DNA from: Bacteroidota bacterium | Lineage (GTDB): Bacteria > Bacteroidota > Ignavibacteria > UBA10030 > BY39 | NCBI GenBank assembly: GCA_030682385.1 | Contig: JAUXOG010000043.1 | Location: 34,473-98,472, forward strand | Direction of reading: 5' to 3' | Length of the DNA stretch: 64,000 nt | Part shown: positions 19,359 to 28,607 of the stretch, in pieces | Numbering within the stretch: the first letter of the stretch is position 1 | Layout of the letters: each line of letters starts with the position of its first letter | Program-made: the position numbers and the translations under genes | Notes under the pieces: generated by a model | What the model was told of the DNA's origin: nothing | The model's input: the letters and a program-made list of their open reading frames with translations, nothing else | The model's database searches: none

Positions 19359-20720
19359 TTATTCTTTCCTCTCCATCCCGTACTTTTTCATTTTAGTATA
19401 AAGATTACTTCTCTCGATATCCATCGCTTCGGCGGTTTTGCTTATATTCCAATTGTGAATTTCGAGCATTCGCTTTATAAAAGCAGCTTCCGATCTGTCC
19501 TTAAATTCTTGATATGTTTTGCTCGTTGCAATTATGTCGTCTGTGGCAGTTCCTTTTGTTAATCCCGTCGGCTCAAGCATTTCAACTTCGACCGTGTTGC
19601 CTGGAGTAAGAATGATAAGTCGCTCAACAATATTTCTTAGTTCGCGAATGTTACCACTGTATTCAAGCCCTTTCAAGTAATTCAATGCCCGCTCGGAAAA
19701 TTTTTTTGGCGTGATTCCGTACCGGGTACATATATCATCTACAAATGATTTTGTTAAAACCGGAATATCATCTCTTCGCTCGCGTAAAGGAGGAACATGT
19801 ATCGGAATAACATTCAGACGGTGGTATAAGTCTTCTCTGAAATTGCCTTTCTTAATTTCCTCAATCAAATTTTTATTTGTTGCTACAATTACTCGAACGT
19901 CAACAGAAATTAATCTATTGCCGCCGACTCTCTCAATCTTTCCTTCTTCGAGTACGCGTAAAACTTTTGCTTGGGCAGCTAAACTCATGTCGCCGATTTC
20001 ATCGAGGAAAATTGTGCCGCCGTCGGCTTGCTCGAATTTACCAATCCGCTGAGCAGTTGCACCGGTGAAAGAACCCTTTTCGTGTCCGAACAATTCCGAT
20101 TCAATCAAATCGTGAGGAATAGCCGCACAGTTTACTTCGACCATTGTTTTTGCGGAACGCTTGCTAAAACGATGGATTGCTTTGGCTACTAATTCTTTGC
20201 CGGTTCCGTTTTCGCCGGTTATCAGGACTCGTGTGTCGGTCGGAGCTATTCGCTCAATCAGCGATAATATCTCTTTAAGCTTCTGGCTCTCTCCCAGAAT
20301 ATTATCTTTACCTTCAAGTTTCTGACGGATAGTTTCTATTTCGGCGGTTAATATTTTATGATCAAGAGCGTTACGAAGTGTAACAAGCAATTTATCTCTA
20401 TCGAGTGGTTTGGTTAAAAAATCGAAGGCGCCTAACTTTGTTGCTTCGACCGCAGTTTCGATTGTGCCGTGACCGGATATCATTATTATGGGCAAATCGG
20501 TATGCCGGCTTTTTATAGTTTGTAATACTTCGATGCCATCCATCCCCGGCATTTTTACATCGAGAAGAACTGCATCAATGCGATTTTCAGGATTATCTAA
20601 TATTGCAAATCCTTTCGGCCCATCTTCAGCGAGTTCTACTTCATACTTTTCGTAATTTAGTATCATTTTAACTGCGTCGCGGATACTCTTCTCATCGTCA
20701 ATTATTAAGATTGTTTTCAT
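19359..20720 (-). CDS. Sigma-54-interacting response regulator (NtrX/NtrC family)
   Basis: Receiver domain (LLDVKMPGMDG), AAA+ domain (GENGTGKE, ESELFGHEKGSFTGA, FLDEIG) and Fis-type HTH. Confidence 0.95.
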   Translation of the reverse strand: MKTILIIDDEKSIRDAVKMILNYEKYEVELAEDGPKGFAILDNPENRIDAVLLDVKMPGMDGIEVLQTIKSRHTDLPIIMISGHGTIETAVEATKLGAFDFLTKPLDRDKLLVTLRNALDHKILTAEIETIRQKLEGKDNILGESQKLKEILSLIERIAPTDTRVLITGENGTGKELVAKAIHRFSKRSAKTMVEVNCAAIPHDLIESELFGHEKGSFTGATAQRIGKFEQADGGTIFLDEIGDMSLAAQAKVLRVLEEGKIERVGGNRLISVDVRVIVATNKNLIEEIKKGNFREDLYHRLNVIPIHVPPLRERRDDIPVLTKSFVDDICTRYGITPKKFSERALNYLKGLEYSGNIRELRNIVERLIILTPGNTVEVEMLEPTGLTKGTATDDIIATSKTYQEFKDRSEAAFIKRMLEIHNWNISKTAEAMDIERSNLYTKMKKYGMERKE

Positions 20721-20787
20721 AATTAATTAGTCGTTCGTTAATCTTTTTTTGTAAATTATCATTTGAACTTATGCTATTTACTACCTA

Positions 20788-21486
20788 CTACTTACCGTTT
20801 AAAACATCCGATGGTTTTGCATTCTTGTTTTTCATCAGCAACAAGCCAAACTTTTGTCCATCTTTATTTGCTTTCATATCGCGTTCATCGTAATTACCAT
20901 CCTTAATATATCTATCTTCAATCTTTTCTACAAACAAGGAATACCTTTCAGCTAATCCCTCCGATTCAAAAGCATAAATTAAAAACGCCGAACCGAATAT
21001 GTGCTGTAATTTATCTTTGTCGCCATACGGGTACGAGGGAGAGTTGTTGTAAAAATGTGTAGGAAGATTAGACGTTCGCTTTCGAAAATCTTCTTTTGTT
21101 TCATTTGTTAAAGGAATATAAAGATTGATCAGCGGGATTTTTATACCGAGTGTATAATGGTCGAGTGTAGCGATTGTACAAATTAGAAGAGATATTCCGG
21201 TATTGCCGCGTGTAAGTTCTTTAGCTTTTTGATAAACCGAATCAACGGCCGCCAAATCACCATTCTGTTTCTTGAAGTTTAAGAATTCATCATTCCGAAT
21301 AAATGATTTTAATTCACTGATATTCTGTAAAAGAAAAGGAGGGAAAAGTGTTACCATCGCCTCGAACGCGGAATAATCAGAACTACTTGAATCCTGCATT
21401 TGAGTTGAAGCAAAATTTATTTGTGGATAACTCAACGCGACTAAAAAAAAGAGAATATAACTCCTGTTAAGCAAATACCGTCTCAT
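20788..21486 (-). CDS. Hypothetical exported protein
   Basis: 232 aa ORF with an N-terminal hydrophobic segment and a DKDKLQHIFGS motif; co-oriented with its neighbours. Confidence 0.75.
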   Translation of the reverse strand: MRRYLLNRSYILFFLVALSYPQINFASTQMQDSSSSDYSAFEAMVTLFPPFLLQNISELKSFIRNDEFLNFKKQNGDLAAVDSVYQKAKELTRGNTGISLLICTIATLDHYTLGIKIPLINLYIPLTNETKEDFRKRTSNLPTHFYNNSPSYPYGDKDKLQHIFGSAFLIYAFESEGLAERYSLFVEKIEDRYIKDGNYDERDMKANKDGQKFGLLLMKNKNAKPSDVLNGK

Positions 21487-21489
21487 AAA

Positions 21490-21685
21490 AACTCAATTCC
21501 TAAATCTCGACGAGTCGGGTCGTCGACCGAATACCTGCCCGCCGCTTCGCTTTGGCAGGCGGGTCGAAACTCGAAACAATTCATAAACACGAATTTCAAA
21601 AAATACATTCTCCAATTCTCCATTATGCCATTAATCCATTTGTTCATTGAGTCAATGAATAAATCTTCCAATGATCCAATCTTCC
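21490..21685. repeat. Intergenic cluster of GC-rich mini-palindromes and imperfect 8-mer tandem repeats
   Basis: CGACGAGTCGGGTCGTCG, CCTGCCCGCC...GGCAGGCGGG, and a (TCCAWTNN)n run at about 21611-21683. Confidence 0.7.
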
Positions 21686-21687
21686 GT

Positions 21688-23334
21688 TTATGTCTGAATT
21701 ACTCCCGGATTGAAGCGTGGAATATTCGGATTATTAGCTGCAATCCCAAGCGTGTAAGAAATAATTTTACGAGTATCGATAGGATCGATGATATCATCGA
21801 CCCATAATCGGGCTGCGGCATAGAGCGGGTCGAGTTGGCGATTATAGCGTTCCTGGATTTCGGAAAGCATCTTCTGCTTTTCCTCCTCGGAAATTTTATC
21901 TTTGTTACCACCTAAACGGATTGTCAGGAGTGTCTCGCTTGATTGTTTTCCTCCCATTACAGCGATTTGAGCAGTGGGCCAAGCAAAAATAAAACGAGGG
22001 TCGTAAGCTTTACCGCACATCGCATAATTTCCGGCGCCGTAGCTATTCCCGGTTATAAAAGTAATTTTCGGCACTACACTGTTAGCAACTGCATTTACCA
22101 TTTTAGCACCATCTTTAATAATGCCGCCTTGTTCTGAACGGGTCCCGACCATAAATCCCGTAACATCCTGAAAGAAAATAAGCGGAATATTTTTTTGATT
22201 GCAATTCATTATGAACCGTGTGCCTTTATCGGCGCTGTCGCTGTAAATTACACCACCAAATTGCATCTCGCCTTTTTTGGTTTTTACAAGTGCACGTTGA
22301 TTTGCCACGATTCCGACCGCCCAACCATCTACGCGAGCGTAACCTGTGATTATCGTTTTGCCGATGCCGGCTTTGTATTCATCGAACGAATCATCATCCA
22401 CGATACGCGATAAAATCTGGTAAGTGTCGTATGGTTTTGTCCGGTCTTCAGGAAAAATACCATAAATTTCTGACGGGTCGAGATTCGGCAGCTTCGATGC
22501 GATCCTATCAAATCCGGCTTTGGGTGTCTGTCCAAGTTTACTAATGATATTGCGGATTGTTTCCAAGCAAACTTCATCGTTCGGCATTTTATAATCAGTA
22601 ACGCCGCTTATTTCGCAGTGCATAGATGCGCCGCCTAATTCTTCGATGTCGGCATCTTCGCCGATGGCTGCTTTGACGAGAGCTGGTCCTGCTAAGAATA
22701 CGCTTCCGGTTTTTTCTACAATCATGGCTTCGTCGCTCATTATCGGAAGATAAGCACCGCCTGCAACGCAAGGTCCCATGATTGCTGAGATTTGGACAAT
22801 TCCCATCGACGACATAACGGCATTATTGCGGAATATTCTTCCGAAGTGTTCTTTATCCGGAAAAATTTCATCCTGCAGAGGGAGAAAAACACCAGCCGAG
22901 TCAACGAGGTAAACTATAGGTAAGCGGTTTTCTATTGATATTTCCTGCGCGCGAAGATTCTTTTTGCATGTAATCGGAAACCAGGCGCCGGCTTTCACTG
23001 TCGCATCGTTAGCAACGATTACAACATCTCTGCCGTGAATTTTTCCGATACCGAAAATTGTTCCTGATGCGGGTGCGCCGCCATATTCGTTATACATATC
23101 GTAAGCGGCAAATAATCCTATTTCTAAAAAGTAACTGCCGGGGTCGATTAGTTTTTCGATTCTTTCGCGGGCTGTAAGTTTATTCCGTTTGTGGTGTTTT
23201 TCAATATTTTCTTTCCCACCGCCGAGTTTGATGATATCGGCTTTCGCTTTTATCTTCCTGACTAAATTTTTGTTAAAGTCATCGTTGCGGTTGAAGCCGT
23301 TGTCGTGTGTTATTTCAGTGCCTAATTTTGCCAT
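21688..23334 (-). CDS. Acyl-CoA carboxylase carboxyltransferase subunit (methylcrotonyl-CoA carboxylase beta-like)
   Basis: KLTARERIEKLID, ANDATVKAG, DSAGVFLP, GPCVAGGAY and SYGAGNYAMCG. Confidence 0.93.
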   Translation of the reverse strand: MAKLGTEITHDNGFNRNDDFNKNLVRKIKAKADIIKLGGGKENIEKHHKRNKLTARERIEKLIDPGSYFLEIGLFAAYDMYNEYGGAPASGTIFGIGKIHGRDVVIVANDATVKAGAWFPITCKKNLRAQEISIENRLPIVYLVDSAGVFLPLQDEIFPDKEHFGRIFRNNAVMSSMGIVQISAIMGPCVAGGAYLPIMSDEAMIVEKTGSVFLAGPALVKAAIGEDADIEELGGASMHCEISGVTDYKMPNDEVCLETIRNIISKLGQTPKAGFDRIASKLPNLDPSEIYGIFPEDRTKPYDTYQILSRIVDDDSFDEYKAGIGKTIITGYARVDGWAVGIVANQRALVKTKKGEMQFGGVIYSDSADKGTRFIMNCNQKNIPLIFFQDVTGFMVGTRSEQGGIIKDGAKMVNAVANSVVPKITFITGNSYGAGNYAMCGKAYDPRFIFAWPTAQIAVMGGKQSSETLLTIRLGGNKDKISEEEKQKMLSEIQERYNRQLDPLYAAARLWVDDIIDPIDTRKIISYTLGIAANNPNIPRFNPGVIQT

Positions 23335-23352
23335 AAGATATTTGCTTTTTTT

Positions 23353-23958
23353 TTATTTTAAAAGTTTCATTGATTTTGATTTTAACAAAGAAGTCATTTG
23401 GATAATTGCGATGCCATTCAATTTAGATAATCTTTCTGATTGAGTTAAAGCTTGGCGAATAAAAATCGAATTAAGACTTTCAATAGCAAGTGTACGTTGT
23501 AGATTCCAACTTAATGATTGAGTTTTAGCTTCTTCGAGCTTTAGCCGTTGGAATTCTTTTAATAGATAAAGCTTAAACTCTGCACTTACCCAAGCTGCAA
23601 ATTCAAAAGCGATATCTTGATGAGCGAAAGTACCACCGGTATTGCCGGCTCTGGAAATAATACCGATGGCATTTGTTGCCTCAATCCATTTTGAAGGCGA
23701 AAGTACAAACGAATTACTACCGGCTTCGTACATAAAGGAGTCGAATTCGACCCCTTTGAAATTTGGATTATGAAGCTTTTCCCATAATCCTAAAAACTCA
23801 ATAGTCGTTCTTGACCTCATCCAGTTTTTTACCACATCTTTCGGTTCATTTTTATTTTTATAACGAGCAATATCTGTTAGCGAAATGTAGTCTTCGCTTT
23901 TCTGACTAGTGAGCGATATTTCAGTTCCTTTTACATTTAATTTAGTATTCTTTTTCAT
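23353..23958 (-). CDS. KilA-N domain protein, apparently with an internal deletion
   Basis: DYISLTDIA, NWMRSRTTIEFLGLWE and GGTFAHQDIAFEFAAWVSAEFKLYL. The C-terminal part seems to jump from WNLQRTLA directly to IESLNS. Confidence 0.85.
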   Translation of the reverse strand: MKKNTKLNVKGTEISLTSQKSEDYISLTDIARYKNKNEPKDVVKNWMRSRTTIEFLGLWEKLHNPNFKGVEFDSFMYEAGSNSFVLSPSKWIEATNAIGIISRAGNTGGTFAHQDIAFEFAAWVSAEFKLYLLKEFQRLKLEEAKTQSLSWNLQRTLAIESLNSIFIRQALTQSERLSKLNGIAIIQMTSLLKSKSMKLLK

Positions 23959-23969
23959 AATGATATCTA

Positions 23970-24043
23970 ACTAAATTATTGTTAAGTCCTCGGTGCGGTT
24001 GAAGCCGTTGTCGTGTGTTATTTCAGATCCAAGTTTTGCCATA
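23970..24043 (-). repeat. Degenerate copy of the first ~24 codons of the carboxyltransferase gene
   Basis: Aligns to 23261-23335, including the identical stretch TGCGGTTGAAGCCGTTGTCGTGTGTTATTTCAG. Confidence 0.92.
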
Positions 24044-24078
24044 GGAATATTTTAGATTGATGATTTGGGATTTATGAA

Positions 24079-24370
24079 TTATGAATTAATTAATAATTCT
24101 TTACCTTTAAGTGTGGTTATATATTTTTGATTTCTACTCCTGGGTTTTTCAGGATTTAATAGAGCAAGTAATTTTATTTTTAACAATGGGTTAATATATT
24201 TGTTTCTGAATTTAGTTCGATTTTTCCACTTAAGTTGAACCATTAGCTCGAGTAATGATTTTGGTTTATTACAAAAAGCTAATATTATCGTTGCCTCTTT
24301 CACATTAAATTGTGGTTTAAATGTTTGTCGGTCCCAACTTAGTCCCATCTTAGTCCCAACTTGGTCCCAT
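24079..24370 (-). pseudogene. C-terminal HTH fragment of a Fic/ATP-binding-type protein
   Basis: NRTKFRNKYINPLL...PEKPRSRNQKY, preceded by 12-bp linker repeats (TGGGACYAAGWT). No N-terminal domain. Confidence 0.65.
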
Positions 24371-24451
24371 TTCTGTGAAATATGCAGAATGAATTATAGA
24401 AAATCAAACAATTCGATATTCAATCTTGAACGAACAATGAATAATGAATGC

Positions 24452-24777
24452 TTAAATTATTTCAATAGCTCTTTCGCTCTTTAATACAGATGAAAGCATA
24501 GCAACACCTTGCTCTGTAAACGCATAAGGAGGGTACCGTAATCCCTTTTGATCCGATTTGGACATCACAGTTTGTGATCTCCAAATTTTAAATTCTTTTT
24601 TTGAAAGCTGAAACATAAAATCTTCAGGGAATCTTCTGATATTCCTTCTTACGGCTTGTTTTAGTGCACGCGTTTCTACGTTGTAAAGAACAGCCAAATC
24701 TCTATCGAGAATTACTTTCTTATTACCAGAATTTTATTTAATACGCTTTCTGAAGGTACTAATGCTTTGTGTGTCAT
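24452..24777 (-). pseudogene. ORF6N-domain gene, frameshifted and 3'-truncated
   Basis: Paralog of 25372-25701 with a 7-nt deletion near 24720. Retains [20 protein letters not shown] and [16 protein letters not shown]. Confidence 0.88.
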
Positions 24778-24806
24778 AGATAAAGTTTTGTTTCTAGAAT
24801 AACGAT

Positions 24807-25199
24807 TTAAGTTTTATCTATCTGTTGTAATTTTTTTATTTCACTTTCAATTTTTTCAAATGCGCTATTCGGATTACCAAGCAATTCTTCATTTGTAATT
24901 CTTATAAACTTAATCCCAAATTCTTCAATATATTCTTGACGATCTTTGTCGTAATCTTTTTGTCCCGGTAAATCGTGAACTTCACCATCAATCTCAACAG
25001 CTAGTTTAATTTCGGGGGCATAGAAGTCAATTACAAATTTATCTACGGAATACTGCCTTCTGAATTTAACGCCGAGTAATTGTCTATTGCGCAGATGAAT
25101 CCAAATAATATTTTCACAAAAAGTTTGGTTTTTACGGAGTTGGCGACGTTTTCCTTTTTCTTCTTGATTGTTAAAATGTTTTGTCATGGTCCCATTCAT
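24807..25199 (-). CDS. DUF559 (Vsr-like endonuclease domain) protein
   Basis: RQLRKNQT, LRNRQL.GVKFRRQY, FVIDFY and EIDGEVH. Confidence 0.9.
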   Translation of the reverse strand: MNGTMTKHFNNQEEKGKRRQLRKNQTFCENIIWIHLRNRQLLGVKFRRQYSVDKFVIDFYAPEIKLAVEIDGEVHDLPGQKDYDKDRQEYIEEFGIKFIRITNEELLGNPNSAFEKIESEIKKLQQIDKT

Positions 25200-25200
25200 T

Positions 25201-25254
25201 CGACCTCACTCCTACCCCTCTCCTTTGAAAGGAGAGGGACTTAGGGTGAGGTTG
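25201..25254. repeat. Nested palindrome immediately upstream of the DUF559 gene
   Basis: CGACCTCAC...CCCTCTCCTTT-G-AAAGGAGAGGG...GTGAGGTTG. Confidence 0.85.
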
Positions 25255-25371
25255 CCTCATTGTCGGTGATTTATGAATTATGATTTTGTGAAATATGTAA
25301 AATGAATTATAGAAAACCAAACACTTCGAAATTCAATATTCAATCTTGGAAAAACAATGAATAATGAATGT

Positions 25372-25701
25372 TTAAATTACTTCAATAGCTCGTTCACTCT
25401 TTGGAACGGAAGAGAGAATTGCAACGCCTTGTTCTGTAAATGCTATTGGGTTCGCACCACCAAAAAAACTTTTTGATAGTATCACATTTTGTGATACCAT
25501 TTTATTAATCTCCTTCCCAGATAAAATGAACATGAAGTCGGTAGGAAATCTTCTATTATTTCTACGAACAGCTTGCTTTAAGGCGCGGGTTTCTACGTTG
25601 TAAAGAACAGCCAAATCTCTATCGAGAATTACTTTCTGATTTCTTATTATAAGAATTTTATTTATTACGCTTTCTGAAGGTATAATCGATTTTTCTGCCA
25701 T
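25372..25701 (-). CDS. ORF6N-domain protein, 3'-truncated
   Basis: [30 protein letters not shown] and [12 protein letters not shown]. Ends at the same point as its paralog. Confidence 0.85.
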   Translation of the reverse strand: MAEKSIIPSESVINKILIIRNQKVILDRDLAVLYNVETRALKQAVRRNNRRFPTDFMFILSGKEINKMVSQNVILSKSFFGGANPIAFTEQGVAILSSVPKSERAIEVI

Positions 25702-25930
25702 TAGTTTTGCTTTTTGCTAATATGTTTCTTAAAAGGACATTAAGGACAGCAACGACTTTGTATTGGCAGAAGGCAATAGAAATAATTAGCCAGCCACCAT
25801 TGCTAAACTGTACTAAAGTAAATTGAAAACTAAATTTTAACTATCTGCTACAATATATAATTTTTGTTGGAAATATGAAAGACGGTAAGAACCCTTCCTA
25901 ATTACTTTACTGGCGATCTACTAACTCATG

Positions 25931-26339
25931 TTACGCAAAATAGTGTTCGGGGTTAAAAATTCGAAGACCTAAATCTGAATCTCGAAACAAATTCGAATTC
26001 CTAAAATCTATTTTCTTAATATTTGCCAATGCAAGATATGCCCCATCACAAATGGCAGCAGCTTCTTCGTACGAAATATTTGCCGGCTTTATTGCGATTG
26101 AACCTGTTTCGGGAATACAAATGTATTCCGCGTGCGCTCCAAAACGCGAAGTTGTTAATCCAAAAACCCGGTCGCCGTTTTTAAATGTTTTAACATTTTT
26201 TCCAACTGATACAATCTCACCAGCCAACTCACTCCCTAAAATCTTTCTTTTGGGTTTAAAGAGACCATTGATTAATCTGATGATAAGAGGATGTTCGATT
26301 TACTGTTGTTGCGTGTATTGTATAAACAATTGCCTTCAT
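25931..26339 (-). pseudogene. MDR-family NAD(P)-dependent alcohol dehydrogenase remnant
   Basis: MKAIVYT|IHATTVNRT from the ATG at 26339, then a frameshift into GLFKPKRKILGSELAGEIVSVG...GAHAEYICI...EEAAA; truncated at a repeat tract near 26010. Confidence 0.85.
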
Positions 26340-26518
26340 AAGTATTCCTTCAAGATTGCTTTGATTCGAGCGTCTTCAAATAAAAAATGCGCTATTCCTT
26401 TACCATCAAAGACAAACGCCCCGCCGTCCTCTACGCTTACACCTGCACTGCCCAAAGCCTCACCCATTTCGGCTAAAGCCCCTGGACGATTTTCCAAACG
26501 TACGGCTAAATCTCTCAT
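26336..26518 (-). pseudogene. ACT-domain protein fragment
   Basis: LENRPGALAEMGEALG.AGVSVE ACT motif; only 60 aa. Confidence 0.7.
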
Positions 26519-26537
26519 TCTATTTTCTCCTAAGTTT

Positions 26538-26999
26538 TTAAATTTGCTGAATGGTTATTTTTGTTTTTACAGAGCTTGCAATAAAACATTTCTCGTGTGC
26601 CAAATGATGTAATTCATCCACCTGTTCTCGTGATAGGGTAGTCTTACTGTTAAAAATCACCTTCGGTTTCAAGGTAACTTTCGTCATTGCTAACTTCCCA
26701 TCTTCATTTTTCCCTAAAATTCCTTCGGCACTATCTTCATAACTCTCGACAATGTAGTTTTTCTCGGCTGCAATGGACAAAAACCATAACATATGACAAC
26801 TTGAGAGCGAAGCAATAAATGCCTCCTCTGGGTCTACGGCAGATGCATTGGACATTGGAAGTGGTACAACGTGTGGCGAGGAAGATGCGGCTAACTCAAT
26901 TCCGCCATCAAATATCCAAGTGTGAAATCTGCTGTATTTATTATCAACAAAAACTTCGTCTAAATTCTTTTCCCAAAAAACCGTAACGTTATACGACAT
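26538..26999 (-). CDS. OsmC/Ohr-family protein
   Basis: DPEEAFIASLSSCHMLWFL and AHEKCFIASSV (both conserved Cys). Confidence 0.93.
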   Translation of the reverse strand: MSYNVTVFWEKNLDEVFVDNKYSRFHTWIFDGGIELAASSSPHVVPLPMSNASAVDPEEAFIASLSSCHMLWFLSIAAEKNYIVESYEDSAEGILGKNEDGKLAMTKVTLKPKVIFNSKTTLSREQVDELHHLAHEKCFIASSVKTKITIQQI

Positions 27000-27044
27000 C
27001 TTTATTCCTCAAGTTTGAATAATATAATTGTTGTGCCATAAAGC

Positions 27045-27120
27045 GGCTAACGGCGTTGCCGATAAACAGCTTTTCCCGATTTCTTTTATTGTGGGCGTCC
27101 GCTTGATTGGCGGGTTAGGC
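27045..27120 (-). mobile_element. attC site 3 (76 bp), ending the CBASS cassette
   Basis: On the minus strand: R'' GCCTAAC (contains the cap15 TAA stop), CCGCCAATCAAGCGGAC, ..., R' GTTAGCC; imperfect inverted repeat. Confidence 0.82.
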
Positions 27121-27705
27121 AACCTTTATTTTATTTAATTTAATTTCTCCAATGGTTTTTCGTGAAGTCCAATATTCACCTTCCATACTAGTTACGTTGA
27201 AACCAGAAAACTGTAATAGAGTTGTACCATAATGAATTTGACTTCTCTCTCTAATACTAGTTTTAGGTATGTTTATATATGAATAATATAGTTGTTGCAA
27301 TCCACGCTCTTTATCAATATCAAAAGATGCCGCAACACTAAAACTATTGCTTTCATTTGATTGTATTTTAATTTGTGTATTAAAAAATGTCTGTGTGATC
27401 TGAATTGAAATGGAGATTGGATTTTGTATTTTATCTTGCCAAGTTGAGATTATTATCCCCTCCCAATTACCAGACAAATCTGGGAAAGGAACAAGCCAAG
27501 GATAAAAAATCTTTATTTTCCAAAACCATTTAACAAATAAGGTCCATATTATTAGGTTAATTGAAATAGTTGTCGAAATGTCTTTAAAAGCAGTATCAAA
27601 TTTAATAGATGATAAATTCTGATTTAGAAGAAATAATATGATGTAAGTTCCAAAAGCTAATCCTAATATAGTAGAACCAAACGCTCTAAGATTATACTTT
27701 ACCAT
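27115..27705 (-). CDS. cap15: CBASS effector Cap15 (SMODS-associated 2TM, beta-strand-rich domain)
   Basis: Two N-terminal TM segments; PDLSGNWEG, ITQTF, YYSYINIP, IHYGT and GEYWTSRKTIG; 1 nt downstream of the CD-NTase. Confidence 0.9.
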   Translation of the reverse strand: MVKYNLRAFGSTILGLAFGTYIILFLLNQNLSSIKFDTAFKDISTTISINLIIWTLFVKWFWKIKIFYPWLVPFPDLSGNWEGIIISTWQDKIQNPISISIQITQTFFNTQIKIQSNESNSFSVAASFDIDKERGLQQLYYSYINIPKTSIRERSQIHYGTTLLQFSGFNVTSMEGEYWTSRKTIGEIKLNKIKVA

Positions 27706-27706
27706 A

Positions 27707-28597
27707 CTAAAACTCCAAATAATTATAAGAAAGTATTACAAAATTATTAACATCTTCTTTAGTCCATTTTCTACCAGAATGAAATAAATATAAGAGTTCA
27801 GAAACTTCGCCCCATTTTTTGCATTTATCTTGTTCTTCTGTTGATCCATATAAATAGACAAGTGAAGATTTTACTCTTTCTGTCCAACTATCATTATCAT
27901 TAAAAATAGTATCAGGAATATTCCACATCAGACTTTCAATTAAAAATGAAGTGATATGGTCGTTTGTGAAAGAACCATCTTCAACCATTTTATTTTTTAA
28001 TTTCTTGAAAACTCTAACTAATCTTTTAAACCTTTTGCTAGTATTCGAATTTTTAGTTTTACTATTTTCGAGGTGTTGATTTGGAAAATTAACAACCATC
28101 TTATAATCATCGCTAAAGAATTTTGTGCCCTCGACATATGAACCATCAATAGAATATCGATGATAATTAAAGGTGGGTACAACATCAGCTTGAATCCTAT
28201 TAGTATTACCTTTAACTGTGATACATTTATTTTTCCGTTCAATAGAATCACGGCCAAATTTATTGACTAAAGCATTTTCAACAGAATCCTTAAACGTCGA
28301 AAACTTATAATCACTTGGCGAGTTAAGCTGGAAATCACCTCGATTTTTTCCTTCAGGTAAATCGAAGAAAAAAATATCCATTAATCGTACATTAATATCA
28401 ACGTCACTATCTAACCTAATATTAGTATCGTTCGCATAAGATCCTTGACCAAATATTTGTATTTCTTTTTCTTTTAATACAGAATCGGCCTTTATAGCTT
28501 CACTTATCATTTTTTGTGCATTGGCTAATTTTGTCTCTTCAGTATCACTTGGAGGTTTACGCCAATTATTAAATGTTTCTTCAGATATTTTACCCAT
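27707..28597 (-). CDS. cGAS/DncV-like nucleotidyltransferase (CD-NTase, CdnE-like)
   Basis: QGSYANDTNIRLDSDVDINV (GS...DxD), ADVVP, NFPNQH, FKRLVRVFKKL and SFLIESLMWNIP. Confidence 0.93.
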   Translation of the reverse strand: MGKISEETFNNWRKPPSDTEETKLANAQKMISEAIKADSVLKEKEIQIFGQGSYANDTNIRLDSDVDINVRLMDIFFFDLPEGKNRGDFQLNSPSDYKFSTFKDSVENALVNKFGRDSIERKNKCITVKGNTNRIQADVVPTFNYHRYSIDGSYVEGTKFFSDDYKMVVNFPNQHLENSKTKNSNTSKRFKRLVRVFKKLKNKMVEDGSFTNDHITSFLIESLMWNIPDTIFNDNDSWTERVKSSLVYLYGSTEEQDKCKKWGEVSELLYLFHSGRKWTKEDVNNFVILSYNYLEF

Positions 28598-28607
28598 AAT
28601 ATTAGTT

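Noticed and set aside
19359-20720. GSFTGA in place of GAFTGA in the enhancer-binding protein
   Set aside because: A common variant in this family; not evidence of novelty by itself.
21483-21807. Short ORFs 21483-21671 and 21625-21807
   Set aside because: They are translations of the palindrome and octamer repeat tract, not credible genes.
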